From NCBI GenBank assembly GCA_963849325.1, contig CAWKHF010000002.1, forward strand, positions 256,001 through 320,000: a stretch of DNA of 64,000 bases. Direction: 5' to 3'. Positions 35,413 through 45,229 of this stretch are shown one piece after another; positions within the stretch are counted from its first letter, which is position 1, and the number at the start of each line of letters is the position of its first letter. A model generated the notes under the pieces. That model was not told where the DNA came from, did no database searches, and saw only the letters and a program-made list of their open reading frames with translations. Position numbers and translations under genes: made by a program. Source of the DNA: an uncultured Planctomycetota bacterium (GTDB taxonomy: Bacteria; Planctomycetota; Planctomycetia; Gemmatales; Gemmataceae).

Positions 35413-37347
35413 TTATTCGCCGCCGTCCCCGGCACTGGCGCCGGCGTCCGCCGATGCCGCCGGTGCCGCCGCATCGAGGATCGGCGCCTCTTCGGCCGAG
35501 GAACCTGATTCCGGCTGGCCTTCCTCGTCGCCGAAGGAGTCGCTGGCCAGAGCCCCCGCCACTCGGTTGACGAGGGCGGCGGAGAGGCCGGAACTGCTCA
35601 GCCGCCACGAACCGGCCGATCCTTTCCAACCGCTCGCGCCGAAGACAAGGGCGCCCTGGCTGGCCGACGCATTCAACATCCCGTCGAAGGGCGTGCCATG
35701 AGCGCCCACGAAGGAGTCCTGCGGCGTTCCGATGGGGGCCAGGGTGAAGACCGAGAGGTTGTTCGTCGCGGCCGAGCTACCGGATGAGCCGGCGGTCGAG
35801 GTGCCGACCGGCGCGTTCGTCGTGGTAGCGAGGACCACACTCACAACCGGACTGCTGCCCAGGCTCGTGCCATCGCTCGCAGCAGAAAGGACGCGGGGGT
35901 GGCCTACCGGATGGCCGGTCGTTCCCCCTGTCGGCGTGCTCGTCGGCGTGGTCGTCCCGGTCGTCGAAGAGGTCGAGGGTCCGCCCAGCAGCGAGACAAT
36001 CGCGCTCACGTTCGGACTGCCAAGGCCAGTCGCCAGGTCATAGCCCTTGGCGGCGCTGTAGCCGTTGGAGCCGCTTGTGATGTCGTGGAAATCACTGCTG
36101 TACGCGCCCGAGGTACTCGTGTATTTGGCTTCGCCGCTGCTGTTATAGACGCCATACAGGGTGCTCTCCACCGTCGCCGTACTAAGGGAGCCGTGACCGT
36201 TGGCGGCGGACTGTTGATCGGCCAGGGCGACGATGCCGGCCCAGGACGGCGCGCCCACGCTGGTCCCGCCCACGTAACCCCAACCGGGTTCCTGGTAGGA
36301 ATCGTAGATGGACACGCCCGTGCTGGGGTTGGCGTCAAAGGCCACGTCCGGGCTCGTGCGCGCGTTGTATTGCTGCGCCACCGGAATGCTGCTCTGGAAC
36401 GAGGGAGCGCTTTCGTAGGAGCTGATGCCGCCGCCGCCGCCCGTATAGCCATAGGACCAGGAAAAACCGGTGTTCCAGGCCGACTCGCTGGAAATGTTGT
36501 TCGTGCTGCTATTGAGCTTTAAGGTGGTGCCGCCCACCGCGAGCACATCCGGCGAGGATGCCGGCCACTCCGGACCCATGTAGGCACTGCTGTCGCCCGC
36601 CGACGCCACAAACGTCACGCCCGGATTGCTGCCGTTCGGGTTCGTGCTGCTTTTCGGCTGGAAGTAGGAGTCGTAATTGGTCTCGCCGGCAAACTCGCTC
36701 CCGCCCCAGCTCAACGATACGACATTGACACTCGCCATCGTGGAAGCCGTATGCACCGCCGTCATCAAATCGCTCAAGCTGCTGGAATTGGCTTCCACAA
36801 GCACGATGTTGGCGCCCGGCGCCATGGCATGCGCCCACTCGGCGTCGAGGGACTCTTCAAGCTCCCAGCCCCCGGTGGGATCGGCCGAAGGCAGGTTCGT
36901 CGAGGAGCCGGACTGGTTGACAACGCTGAGCTTGGCGGGGGATAAACCGTACATCTGATCGAACGTGGCCAGATCGCTGGCGATGTTCGGATCGTTGTAG
37001 GCATCCACGATGGCGATGGTCTGACCGGCACCGTTGGTAGCCTTCGTACCCGTTGCGGGGTTGAGGAGCGAACTGAGGCCGTAAGCCTGCTGGAGCTGCT
37101 GTGGTGTGTAGCCGGAGAAGGTAGTGGTTGCCGACGGCGTAACCGAGACGTTGGTCTGGGCCGTCCAGCTACTCGCCGCCGGTGCCGCGTCGGGCGTCAC
37201 GGTGCTGGCCGACAACAACGCCCGCGTCTCCAGTTCCTCGACTTGGAGCCGCACGCGCCGCTGCTGTCGTATGGGCTTATAGGTCTCGCTAGGAGACAAG
37301 AATTTCCTGAGTTGGCGACGCCATGTCGCGTGTGCGCCTGTGAACAC
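35413..37347 (-). CDS. Extracellular sedolisin-like (S53) serine peptidase
   Basis: EESLD, ASAGDS, GGTSVGAP, GYDLATGLGSP; N-terminal RLQVEELETRALLS planctomycete export motif. Confidence 0.88.
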   Translation of the reverse strand: MFTGAHATWRRQLRKFLSPSETYKPIRQQRRVRLQVEELETRALLSASTVTPDAAPAASSWTAQTNVSVTPSATTTFSGYTPQQLQQAYGLSSLLNPATGTKATNGAGQTIAIVDAYNDPNIASDLATFDQMYGLSPAKLSVVNQSGSSTNLPSADPTGGWELEESLDAEWAHAMAPGANIVLVEANSSSLSDLMTAVHTASTMASVNVVSLSWGGSEFAGETNYDSYFQPKSSTNPNGSNPGVTFVASAGDSSAYMGPEWPASSPDVLAVGGTTLKLNSSTNNISSESAWNTGFSWSYGYTGGGGGISSYESAPSFQSSIPVAQQYNARTSPDVAFDANPSTGVSIYDSYQEPGWGYVGGTSVGAPSWAGIVALADQQSAANGHGSLSTATVESTLYGVYNSSGEAKYTSTSGAYSSDFHDITSGSNGYSAAKGYDLATGLGSPNVSAIVSLLGGPSTSSTTGTTTPTSTPTGGTTGHPVGHPRVLSAASDGTSLGSSPVVSVVLATTTNAPVGTSTAGSSGSSAATNNLSVFTLAPIGTPQDSFVGAHGTPFDGMLNASASQGALVFGASGWKGSAGSWRLSSSGLSAALVNRVAGALASDSFGDEEGQPESGSSAEEAPILDAAAPAASADAGASAGDGGE

Positions 37348-37598
37348 GTCTGTTCCTCCGTGGATGCCGAGGCGAACAACTGCTGAGTTGTTACGGATAA
37401 ACCAATGTTATTTTGTTGGGCACCATCCGGGATGTAAAGGGAAAAATCACTCGATGGGATTTTTTTAAGACTTTCGCCGGAAAACGAACCGCTGCCCGAG
37501 GGCGAGCCTCTCACGCCTATGGCGAGGCGGCCGTCGCCTCGTACAATTGGCTGCGCCAGCGGACTGGGGCAGGCCGGTGAACGCGGAGGGATGGACGA

Positions 37599-37964
37599 AT
37601 GAACCCAGGTCGGCGGCGGTGGCTTCTGAGGTTGGCCGCGGTGCTTGTTCTCGCCCTCATCGGGTTGCTGTGGGCCGTGAGGCAGGGGGCGTCGGACCTC
37701 GTCATCGAAAACCGCTCCGAGCAGACGATCGCCCACCTGAAGGTCACTCTCGCCGGCCAAACGCACACGTTCCGCGACGTGCGGACAGGGTCCGAGGTGA
37801 CGGCGCCGTGTCGGGCCGGCAACGGCGATCACTTCTCTCTGGACGGCCAACTCGCGGACGGTACGCGCATCCGGGCTGACGGCGTACTCCGCGACAGCAC
37901 CCATTTCCTCGTGTTGCCGGGCGGGGGAGTCACGTTCCGCCCCAAAAGCAAGAACGCGCCCTGA
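37599..37964 (+). CDS. Small exported hypothetical protein
   Basis: GGAGG RBS, N-terminal TM/signal, beta-rich body. Confidence 0.6.
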   Translation: MNPGRRRWLLRLAAVLVLALIGLLWAVRQGASDLVIENRSEQTIAHLKVTLAGQTHTFRDVRTGSEVTAPCRAGNGDHFSLDGQLADGTRIRADGVLRDSTHFLVLPGGGVTFRPKSKNAP

Positions 37965-37981
37965 CAGCTCCCGTTCGCCCA

Positions 37982-38365
37982 TTACTCCTGAAGGGGCGCG
38001 GGCAAATCCGCACGTCCTCGATACGCCGAGGCGTCCATCGGGCCTTCCGGCATCTCGATGTATCCGCCGCCCACCTTGGCGAACGCCCACACCAGGGCGT
38101 TCCAGGCCTGTCGCAGCCCCGTGTCGGCGTTGCCCCAGGTGACGAAGACCAGTCGTTCCGCCTCGCGCCGCACCGTCACCATGCCCTGTGGCGTGCGCAA
38201 CCGCAACTCGCGCCAGTCCTCGCCGGGCAGTTCGTCGGGGAATGCCAGTTGACCGTCGATCATCCCCATTTGCAGGGGGAAACCGCGACCGCCAAGAAAA
38301 TCGCGCACGGCGGGAAACGGGGGGATCGCCTTGCCGGCGAACGAGATACCTTGTTCCATGCCCAT
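37982..38365 (-). CDS. Hypothetical protein
   Basis: Plausible ORF with AGGAG RBS, in line with the upstream operon. Confidence 0.65.
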   Translation of the reverse strand: MGMEQGISFAGKAIPPFPAVRDFLGGRGFPLQMGMIDGQLAFPDELPGEDWRELRLRTPQGMVTVRREAERLVFVTWGNADTGLRQAWNALVWAFAKVGGGYIEMPEGPMDASAYRGRADLPAPLQE

Positions 38366-38385
38366 CGCGGGACGCTCCTTGGGTA

Positions 38386-39221
38386 TCAGAGACGGAAAAG
38401 GCTACGGGCGTTGTCCTCGAAGACCATCGGATGATGCAGTTCGGGGATGGCGGCGGCAAGGAAGGAGCGATACGCCGCCATCGGCGCCAGCGGCCAATCG
38501 CTGCCGTAGAGGAAGCGGTTGGGCCGCTCGGCGTAGCGGAAGGCGCGGCGAACGTCCTGCTGCGCCTCCTGCAACGTCTCGCGCCGCTCCTCGTTGGTGA
38601 ATGCCTCGTCGTCGCCGACGGCCAGGCCGGACAGGTCGGCCCAGACGTTGACGTTTTTGTAGACGACCTCGGCGGCGTCCGTCAGCCACGGGTTGCCGAG
38701 GTGGGCCAGCACGAACTTCACGCGCGGATGATCGACGGCCACGTCATCGACCAGCAGCGGCTGGGCGTAGCGCAGCTTGGCCAGGGAGAATACGTATCTC
38801 CCGTGTGAAAAATGACCGGCAGTTGATAGCGTTCGGCCAGCTCGTAGTAAGGACGATAGCCGGGGTGGTCGGGCGGATAGTGCAGGTAGCCGAGGTACGC
38901 CTTGAGAGCGCGGACCTGCTTGGCGGCCAGAACGGCTTCGACGCGGCGGAGGTGGTCGGCGTCGGCGCGAACCGGATCGGCGACGCCGATGGCGGACAGT
39001 CCGGGCACGGCACGGGCGAGGGCGAGGGTGTCGGCCACGCCGAGCGGATCGTCCGGCCCAGCGTTCCAGCAGCCCATCGCCAGGGCGTGCGTCGCTCCCG
39101 CCGTCTGCATCTCGCGCCGCAGGGCGGCGGCTCGCACCTCGGGCGCGGCGTCGAGCAAGGGGTTCAAGTGGCCGACCCCCGGCAGTCGCGGCGCTACGAC
39201 GTGGATGTGCGTGTCGATCAT
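38386..39221 (-). CDS. Amidohydrolase family protein (frameshift near 38785)
   Basis: IDTHIH, FHTG, LAHLG, YGSDWP. Confidence 0.88.
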
Positions 39222-39225
39222 AAAA

Positions 39226-39292
39226 AGTTCTGAGTTCTGAGTTCTGAGTTCTGAGTTCTGTATCTTTCACTCAGAACTCAGAACTCAGAACT
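39226..39292. repeat. Inverted heptamer tandem repeat (AGTTCTG)5 / (CAGAACT)3
   Basis: Directly visible; fills the FIST-amidohydrolase junction. Confidence 0.92.
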
Positions 39293-40466
39293 CTTCAAAG
39301 AGGGCAAGGCTGGCGGTGAAGCCGTGGATGAAGTTGTGTCCGCCGACTGGACCGAGTTCGCCCTGGGCGAAGAAGCCGGCCAGCGGAATGTCGCCGGCCT
39401 CGGCGCGGACGGCGCGAGCATCATGGTGCGGCTCGGCGAACAGGCGCGTACCGCGGCCGTTGCAGCTGAACAGCAGAGCGCCGCCCGGTTTGTGGTCGTG
39501 GGCGCTCAGGTCCAGGCGCAGCAGAGCGTGCAAGTCCTCGTCGGCCGTCTCCGCGTCGCGGACATGGAACTGCACGGTCTGGCCAACGCGAACGCGGTCA
39601 GTGATCGCCAGGGCGCCGGTCTCGCGCTCCAGGGCGAGGACGTTGCGGACCAGGAAATCGCCGCGCTGAAAGTCGCCCTGGTACTCGTTGAGGACGCGGC
39701 CGACGTGCAAACCCTGCTGGAACAGCCGTTGTTCCTCGGCGCTCAGTGTCGGCCACAACTCTTGCAGAAGCGCCAGCGGCGTCTTGCCGCCCAGTTCCAG
39801 AATGAGGTTGTCCTTGGCGCGCGTGATGACCAGGGGCCGGCCAATGGGACGGCAGCCCTGCGAGACGATCGAGCGCAGACCGAGCGGTCCTTGCAGCAGC
39901 ACGCCGACGGCGCCCTGGTCCTTGACCGCGTCCTGGAACAGCAACCGGCACTGGCCGGGGGCGTGAATGCCGCTGGCCATGCCGCCCAGCACGCGCAAGC
40001 CCGGCGAATCCTCGTTGACCCGCCGCAACAACAGGTCGATGGGGAAGGTGAACGGATCGCCCAGCAGCAGGACGGCGGCGTTGGCGGCGTCAGCGCCGGT
40101 CAGCTCGTCGGGCCAGCCGAACAGGCTGGGACCGTCGGCGGTGCGCTCCAGCACGAGATGGAACGCTCCCATCGTCACCGGCCGCGCCCAGCGGCTGGCC
40201 CACAGGCTCATGGCCGGGCCTTGCTCGACCTCGCGGTCGTTGCCGATGACCGATTCGGCGACGCAACCGAGCAAACAGCGCGGGCCGAGGCGCTGGTACA
40301 CGCCGCGGGCGATGTCGTCGGCGGCGCGGGCGTGAAGGGGCGAGAAAAAGAGGATGGCCAGGTCCACGTCGCCACTCAGGCGAGCGCGGACCTGTTCGCA
40401 GACTTCCTCCACCGCCCGGAGAGTCGGCTCAGCCGTGGAGAGCGCGGCGGCGAACGGCATGGGCAA
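39285..40466 (-). CDS. FIST N/C domain protein
   Basis: GGMAS, VSQGCRPIG, FSCNGRG, GFFAQGELGP. Confidence 0.92.
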   Translation of the reverse strand: MPMPFAAALSTAEPTLRAVEEVCEQVRARLSGDVDLAILFFSPLHARAADDIARGVYQRLGPRCLLGCVAESVIGNDREVEQGPAMSLWASRWARPVTMGAFHLVLERTADGPSLFGWPDELTGADAANAAVLLLGDPFTFPIDLLLRRVNEDSPGLRVLGGMASGIHAPGQCRLLFQDAVKDQGAVGVLLQGPLGLRSIVSQGCRPIGRPLVITRAKDNLILELGGKTPLALLQELWPTLSAEEQRLFQQGLHVGRVLNEYQGDFQRGDFLVRNVLALERETGALAITDRVRVGQTVQFHVRDAETADEDLHALLRLDLSAHDHKPGGALLFSCNGRGTRLFAEPHHDARAVRAEAGDIPLAGFFAQGELGPVGGHNFIHGFTASLALFEEF

Positions 40467-40543
40467 CCTCCCTCGTTTCGACTAGCGGCAGCCGGGTGGA
40501 CGGTGGAGGGAAAAGACATACTTCTCCCTCCGTCCTCCACCCG

Positions 40544-41479
40544 TTACAGGGCGCGTTCCAGGACCGGGAAACTCGCCTGCCGCTGAAAATATTGTTTGTA
40601 GAAGCGGAACAGATGGCTCGCATCCGAAGGCACCTGCGCCGCGAACGTCTCGACGTCGGTGTCGCGCAGCTTGTACGCCGCATAACCGAGCAAATCCAGG
40701 GCCAGCGCATGCGTATCGCGGCCCTCGGCGGCCAGGAAGCTGAACAGGCCATTGAGACGCTTGGTCTGCATTCCCTCCGTCCCGAACGACCCCAGCCGGA
40801 AACACGGCATGGCCGCATCGACCTGCATGGGGTCGGCGTAGGCGGGATCGGCGACGAGCAGACCGACGGCCAGCGCCGCGCCGGTGCGGCTGCGCAAGAC
40901 GAACACGGAATCGGCCGGAAAATACGGGTTGTGGAACAAATACCGCTCCACGGCCGGCCGATCGTGCAGCCGCAGGACGTTCGCCCCGAACGTCAGGATG
41001 GCCGGGACGTCGTCGGGCGTCGCCGGCTCGATGGTGCTGCTGGGGCGAGCCATGGGCGTCGGCATCTCCACGATGTCGAGAACGAAGTTGACCATGTCGC
41101 GGCGAGCTTGGAAGCCGTTCTTCCGAAAGAATTCCAGCGGCGCCGTCCAGTCCGCGCGGTAGGCGGCGAAGGCTTGTGATAATCCGCGTTCCTTCATCGT
41201 CTGGAGTACGCGGTCGAAGAGCGGCTGCGCCGCCGCTTCGTGGCCCTTGCGACACCACGGATAGTTGACGCGACCGTTGGCGTGGAAGCCGGCATAGGCC
41301 ACCGGCCGACCGGCGGCCAGGGCGACGAAGCGCGTGGACGGATCGTAGTCCGCGGCGCGGGCGCGGCGGCGGACCTCGTCCAGCGTCGCCGCCTTGAACT
41401 TGGGCAGATCGCCGGCCGCCTCGTTGTAAATGCTCACCTGGGCCGCGTCGTCGCCGGCCTGGTACGTGCGGATCTCCAT
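40544..41479 (-). CDS. Probable GNAT-fold protein
   Basis: MEIRTYQ.GD start, FFRKNGF motif, second IEPATPDD repeat. Confidence 0.6.
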   Translation of the reverse strand: MEIRTYQAGDDAAQVSIYNEAAGDLPKFKAATLDEVRRRARAADYDPSTRFVALAAGRPVAYAGFHANGRVNYPWCRKGHEAAAQPLFDRVLQTMKERGLSQAFAAYRADWTAPLEFFRKNGFQARRDMVNFVLDIVEMPTPMARPSSTIEPATPDDVPAILTFGANVLRLHDRPAVERYLFHNPYFPADSVFVLRSRTGAALAVGLLVADPAYADPMQVDAAMPCFRLGSFGTEGMQTKRLNGLFSFLAAEGRDTHALALDLLGYAAYKLRDTDVETFAAQVPSDASHLFRFYKQYFQRQASFPVLERAL

Positions 41480-41678
41480 CAAACGCGCTCCTCTCCGGCA
41501 GCCGCTACGATCGCTGCCTCTCTCCGGTCTCCTCTCTTTCCGCGGCGATGCGGTCCTGGACACGGCGAGGCAGTTGCGAGTTAACCGTCCGGGTCCGGCA
41601 CGGTTGTGTACCGAGGCGCGGGCGGGTGGGGGTAGTTATTGTACAACCCGTCCAGGAATGCGGGAGGGGCGGTTCCTT

Positions 41679-41732
41679 TCCGAGCCGGAAGCGTAAGCGA
41701 AAAGTGCTCTTCGCTTACGCTTCCGGCTCGGA
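41679..41732. repeat. REPIN-like inverted repeat, family D
   Basis: TCCGAGCCGGAAGCGTAAGCGAA and its reverse complement. Confidence 0.85.
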
Positions 41733-41747
41733 TAAAACTGACGGTCG

Positions 41748-41756
41748 TGGTATAAT
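41748..41756 (+). promoter_or_regulatory. Extended -10 promoter
   Basis: TGgTATAAT about 45 nt upstream of the cytochrome gene. Confidence 0.55.
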
Positions 41757-41800
41757 GAGAACGGGGCTGGTCCTCTGCAGTTCCAGGGAGGTCCCGGACA

Positions 41801-43144
41801 ATGATGCGCGGTTCGCTGGCCGGGGTTGTGGTTGTGATGGTCCTGCCGGTCGGGACGATGCTTCGAGCGGCCGAAACGGATGCCGTGCAGCGCGGCCGCA
41901 AAGCGCTTCTGGAGAAATGCTACGCCCCTCCCACCATGACGCGCCGTGCTTACGACGAGGTGTGGAAGCAGTGGGGGCTGAAGGAGAAGCCGGCCGCGGA
42001 CGACTACGATCGCCTGTACCGCGAACGCTACGGCCTGCACGAGGCGCCTTATCCCAACGGCGGCCTGCCGATGGGTCTGCGGCCTGCGTCCCTGCCTTTC
42101 GGCCTGGGCAAGGGCATCGCCATGGATTGCATGGTCTGCCACGCCGGCTCTCTCGCCGGCAAGTCCTACGTCGGCCTGGGCAACGCGACCCTCGACTACC
42201 AGGCGTTTTACGAGGAAATGTCCGCCGCCGACGGCCGTGCTCCCCGCACGCCCTTCCGCTTCTGCAACGTCCGCGGCACCAACGAGGCCGGAGCGATGGC
42301 CGTCTACCTGCTCGGCTACCGCGAGCCGAACCTCGACCGCCGTTTTCAACGCCTCGACCTCGGCCTGCAAGACGATCTGTGCGAAGACGTGCCCGCCTGG
42401 TGGCTGCTCAAAAAGAAAAAGACCATGTATCAAACCGGCGGCGCCGACGCTCGCTCCGTCCGTTCGCTCATGCAGTTCATGATGAGTCCGCTCAACTCCG
42501 CCTTGGACATCTACAAGGCGGAGGGCCACTTCAAGGACATCCGCGCCTTCCTGTTGACGCTGACGCCGCCGAAATACCCGCTGTCGATCGATCGTCGCCT
42601 GGCCGACCGCGGCGAGGAGCTGTTTCGGACCAACTGCGCCCACTGCCACGGCACCTACGGCGAGAAATGGACCTATCCGAACAAGGTCGTTTCCATCGAC
42701 AAGATTGGCACCGACCGCCACCGCTTCGACGGCATCACGTCCAAGTTCGGCGACTACTACGCCCGCAGCTGGTTCAACCAGGACTATCCCATTCGGCAGA
42801 CTGAGGGCTACCAGGCGCCGCCGCTGGACGGCGTCTGGGCGACCGCTCCCTACTTCCACAACGGCTCGGCGCCGACTGTCTATCACGTCCTCAACTCGAA
42901 GGCCCGGCCAAAGATTTTCACGCGCTCCTATCGCACCGACCTCGACGCCTACGACACCGAGAAACTCGGCTGGAAGGTCGAGGTGCTGTCCCGCTCTCCC
43001 GACCCCAAGGGACTGCCGCCAATCGAGTATCGCAAGATTTACGACACGACGCGCCCCGGTCGCGGCAACGGCGGGCACACTTACGGCGACCAGCTGAGCG
43101 ACGACGAGCGCATGGCAGTGATTGAGTATCTGAAAACGCTGTGA
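41801..43144 (+). CDS. Diheme c-type cytochrome (RoxA/MauG-like)
   Basis: CMVCH, CAHCH, LDGVWATAPYFHNGS; signal peptide. Confidence 0.85.
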   Translation: MMRGSLAGVVVVMVLPVGTMLRAAETDAVQRGRKALLEKCYAPPTMTRRAYDEVWKQWGLKEKPAADDYDRLYRERYGLHEAPYPNGGLPMGLRPASLPFGLGKGIAMDCMVCHAGSLAGKSYVGLGNATLDYQAFYEEMSAADGRAPRTPFRFCNVRGTNEAGAMAVYLLGYREPNLDRRFQRLDLGLQDDLCEDVPAWWLLKKKKTMYQTGGADARSVRSLMQFMMSPLNSALDIYKAEGHFKDIRAFLLTLTPPKYPLSIDRRLADRGEELFRTNCAHCHGTYGEKWTYPNKVVSIDKIGTDRHRFDGITSKFGDYYARSWFNQDYPIRQTEGYQAPPLDGVWATAPYFHNGSAPTVYHVLNSKARPKIFTRSYRTDLDAYDTEKLGWKVEVLSRSPDPKGLPPIEYRKIYDTTRPGRGNGGHTYGDQLSDDERMAVIEYLKTL

Positions 43145-43149
43145 TAAAG

Positions 43150-43230
43150 CGCCGTTTACAAGCCCGGAGCGCCAGCGACGGGTCGCAGTCGCAGCGACCT
43201 GTCGCTGGCGCTCCGGGCTTGTAAACGGCG
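43150..43230. repeat. REPIN-like inverted repeat, family A
   Basis: Long arms CGCCGTTTACAAGCCCGGAGCGCCAGCGAC. Confidence 0.85.
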
Positions 43231-43313
43231 TCGTCCCGGCAAATATTTGTGGCGGACTGTCTCCCCGCGCGGAAACTATAAGGGGCCGCCCACGCGGCGA
43301 GGAGACAGCGCGC

Positions 43314-45182
43314 ATGAGAGAACACCCCTTACACGCGGCCGTCCGGCACATCCGCGGTCTGGCCGCCATCCCATCTGACGGTGAAACGAGCGATCAGGAA
43401 CTCTTGCGGCGCTTCACGAGCCGGCACGACGAGACCGCGTTCGCGGCGTTGATGCGGCGGCACGAGCCGATGGTGCGGGGAGTCGCTCGTCGATTGCTCG
43501 GACAGGAATCCAACGTCGATGACGTTTTCCAGACGGTATTTCTGGTCCTGGCGTGCAAGGCGCACTCCGTTCGCAAGCATCGGTCTCTGGCCGGCTGGCT
43601 TTACGGCATCGCCTGGCGTACTGCCCTGCGCGCCCGCCGCGACGCGGCGAGACGGAAGGACCGCGAGGGCAGGGCAGTCGCACGAGAGCCGAGCGACACC
43701 GCCCGCGATTCCGCCTGGCGAGAGCTGTGCGCGGTGCTCGATACGGAATTGTACCGACTGCCCGAGAGCGAACGGTCGGCCCTGGTGCTGTGCTATCTGC
43801 AAGGGCGTACGCGAGACGAGGCCGCTCACCAGCTCGATCTGTCCGTGCGTACGCTCGACCGCCGACTCCAGTGCGGACGCGAACGGCTGCGTCTGCAGCT
43901 CGCTCGTCGAGGAATTACCTTGTCCGCCGCCTTGCTGGCACTCGGGCTGACGCGGGGCATCGCCGGGGCGACAACCACGGCGAAGCTGGGGACGATCACG
44001 GCCAGGGCCGCGGCCAATATTCTCAGCGGGCGACAGGCGGTTGCGCCCGAGGTTTCGCGGGAAGTCGTCGCCCTGATGAAAGGAGTGCTGCAAAACATGC
44101 TACAGACACGGATCAAGTTCGTCGCCGTCTCGTTCCTAGCGTTGACTCTGCTGGGGACCGCCGCAGGTGTTCTCGCCTTCCGGGCGGCGGCGCAGGACAC
44201 GGCGACGCCCGGTCAACAACCTTCGCCGCCCGCTGCCGTGCGCACCGACGATCCGAAATCTGCCGAGCCGGCGCCGGTCCCCTACGCCATCCTTTTGATT
44301 GAGGATGCGGAACCTCGTTTGTTGCCCGACGCCCGGCAGGCCATTGTTCCGCGGGAGAGCAACCCTTCCGCCTATCGGCAGAGGCAAGCCTTCCTTCTCC
44401 CAAGCCGCTCGACGATTCGGGCCGCCCTGCGGAGAGATGAGGTCAAACGCCTGGAGATGCTCAAGGGAAAGACAAATCTCGCGAGCTGGCTGGAACGGCA
44501 CATCAAGGCGGTTCTCCTGGAGAATACGGGCTTGCTGCACGTTTACTTCGTCGGCGAAGGTAGTCTGGAGGAAAGGGTGATCCTCATCAATGCACTTGTC
44601 TCGTCGTACATGGATGAGTTTGTCTATGAGGAAAAGAGGGCGAAGGAGACACGATTGGTGGAGATGGAAAAAGTACTCGAAATCAGCGAAGGGCGCCTGA
44701 AAGAGAAACGAGCCAAGCTCTTGCAGATGTCCCGAATTCGACCGGGCACCTCCTCTTCCCTTCAGCGGCAACTCGCCCGCGAAGACCTTTCTCAATTCCG
44801 CAAGGAGTTAATGCGGGTGAGCCTGGCGAAAGTCGCAGCCGAAGCGCGTCTCCAGCACCGCAAGAGGGAGGCCGGAGAAGGAGTCGGCAAGGCGGCCTTC
44901 GCCGAACTGAACGAAGAAATCGCCGTCCTGGCGGCGCAGGAGAAGCTGCTGGAAGCGCGGACGCAAAAGATGATCTCTTCTCTGGCAAAGCAGGAGGATC
45001 TCATCACCGACGCCGAAGCGGACGAGAGAGAGCGACTGCGATCACTACGCGAAGAGATCGCCGCCGAGGAGGAATTCAACAAGGATCTGGCGAGGCGGGT
45101 AAGGAGCTACCAGGTGGAATTGCGGGCCGCGCCGCGAGTTCGCATTTTGCAGCGAGCGGAGGCCGGCCCGAAAGAGAAGTGA
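43314..45182 (+). CDS. ECF sigma factor with TM helix and long C-terminal coiled-coil extension
   Basis: DQELLRRF, DDVFQTVF, GWLYGIA, region-4 HTH; TM segment after IKFVAVSF. Confidence 0.88.
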   Translation: MREHPLHAAVRHIRGLAAIPSDGETSDQELLRRFTSRHDETAFAALMRRHEPMVRGVARRLLGQESNVDDVFQTVFLVLACKAHSVRKHRSLAGWLYGIAWRTALRARRDAARRKDREGRAVAREPSDTARDSAWRELCAVLDTELYRLPESERSALVLCYLQGRTRDEAAHQLDLSVRTLDRRLQCGRERLRLQLARRGITLSAALLALGLTRGIAGATTTAKLGTITARAAANILSGRQAVAPEVSREVVALMKGVLQNMLQTRIKFVAVSFLALTLLGTAAGVLAFRAAAQDTATPGQQPSPPAAVRTDDPKSAEPAPVPYAILLIEDAEPRLLPDARQAIVPRESNPSAYRQRQAFLLPSRSTIRAALRRDEVKRLEMLKGKTNLASWLERHIKAVLLENTGLLHVYFVGEGSLEERVILINALVSSYMDEFVYEEKRAKETRLVEMEKVLEISEGRLKEKRAKLLQMSRIRPGTSSSLQRQLAREDLSQFRKELMRVSLAKVAAEARLQHRKREAGEGVGKAAFAELNEEIAVLAAQEKLLEARTQKMISSLAKQEDLITDAEADERERLRSLREEIAAEEEFNKDLARRVRSYQVELRAAPRVRILQRAEAGPKEK

Positions 45183-45192
45183 GGAGATCAAT

Positions 45193-45229
45193 CTCCTGAG
45201 CAGGGGGCTGACGCCCCCCCGCTCAGGAG
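45193..45229. repeat. REP family C unit within a hairpin between convergent genes
   Basis: CTCCTGAGC-AGGGGGCTGACGCCCCCCC-GCTCAGGAG. Confidence 0.75.
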
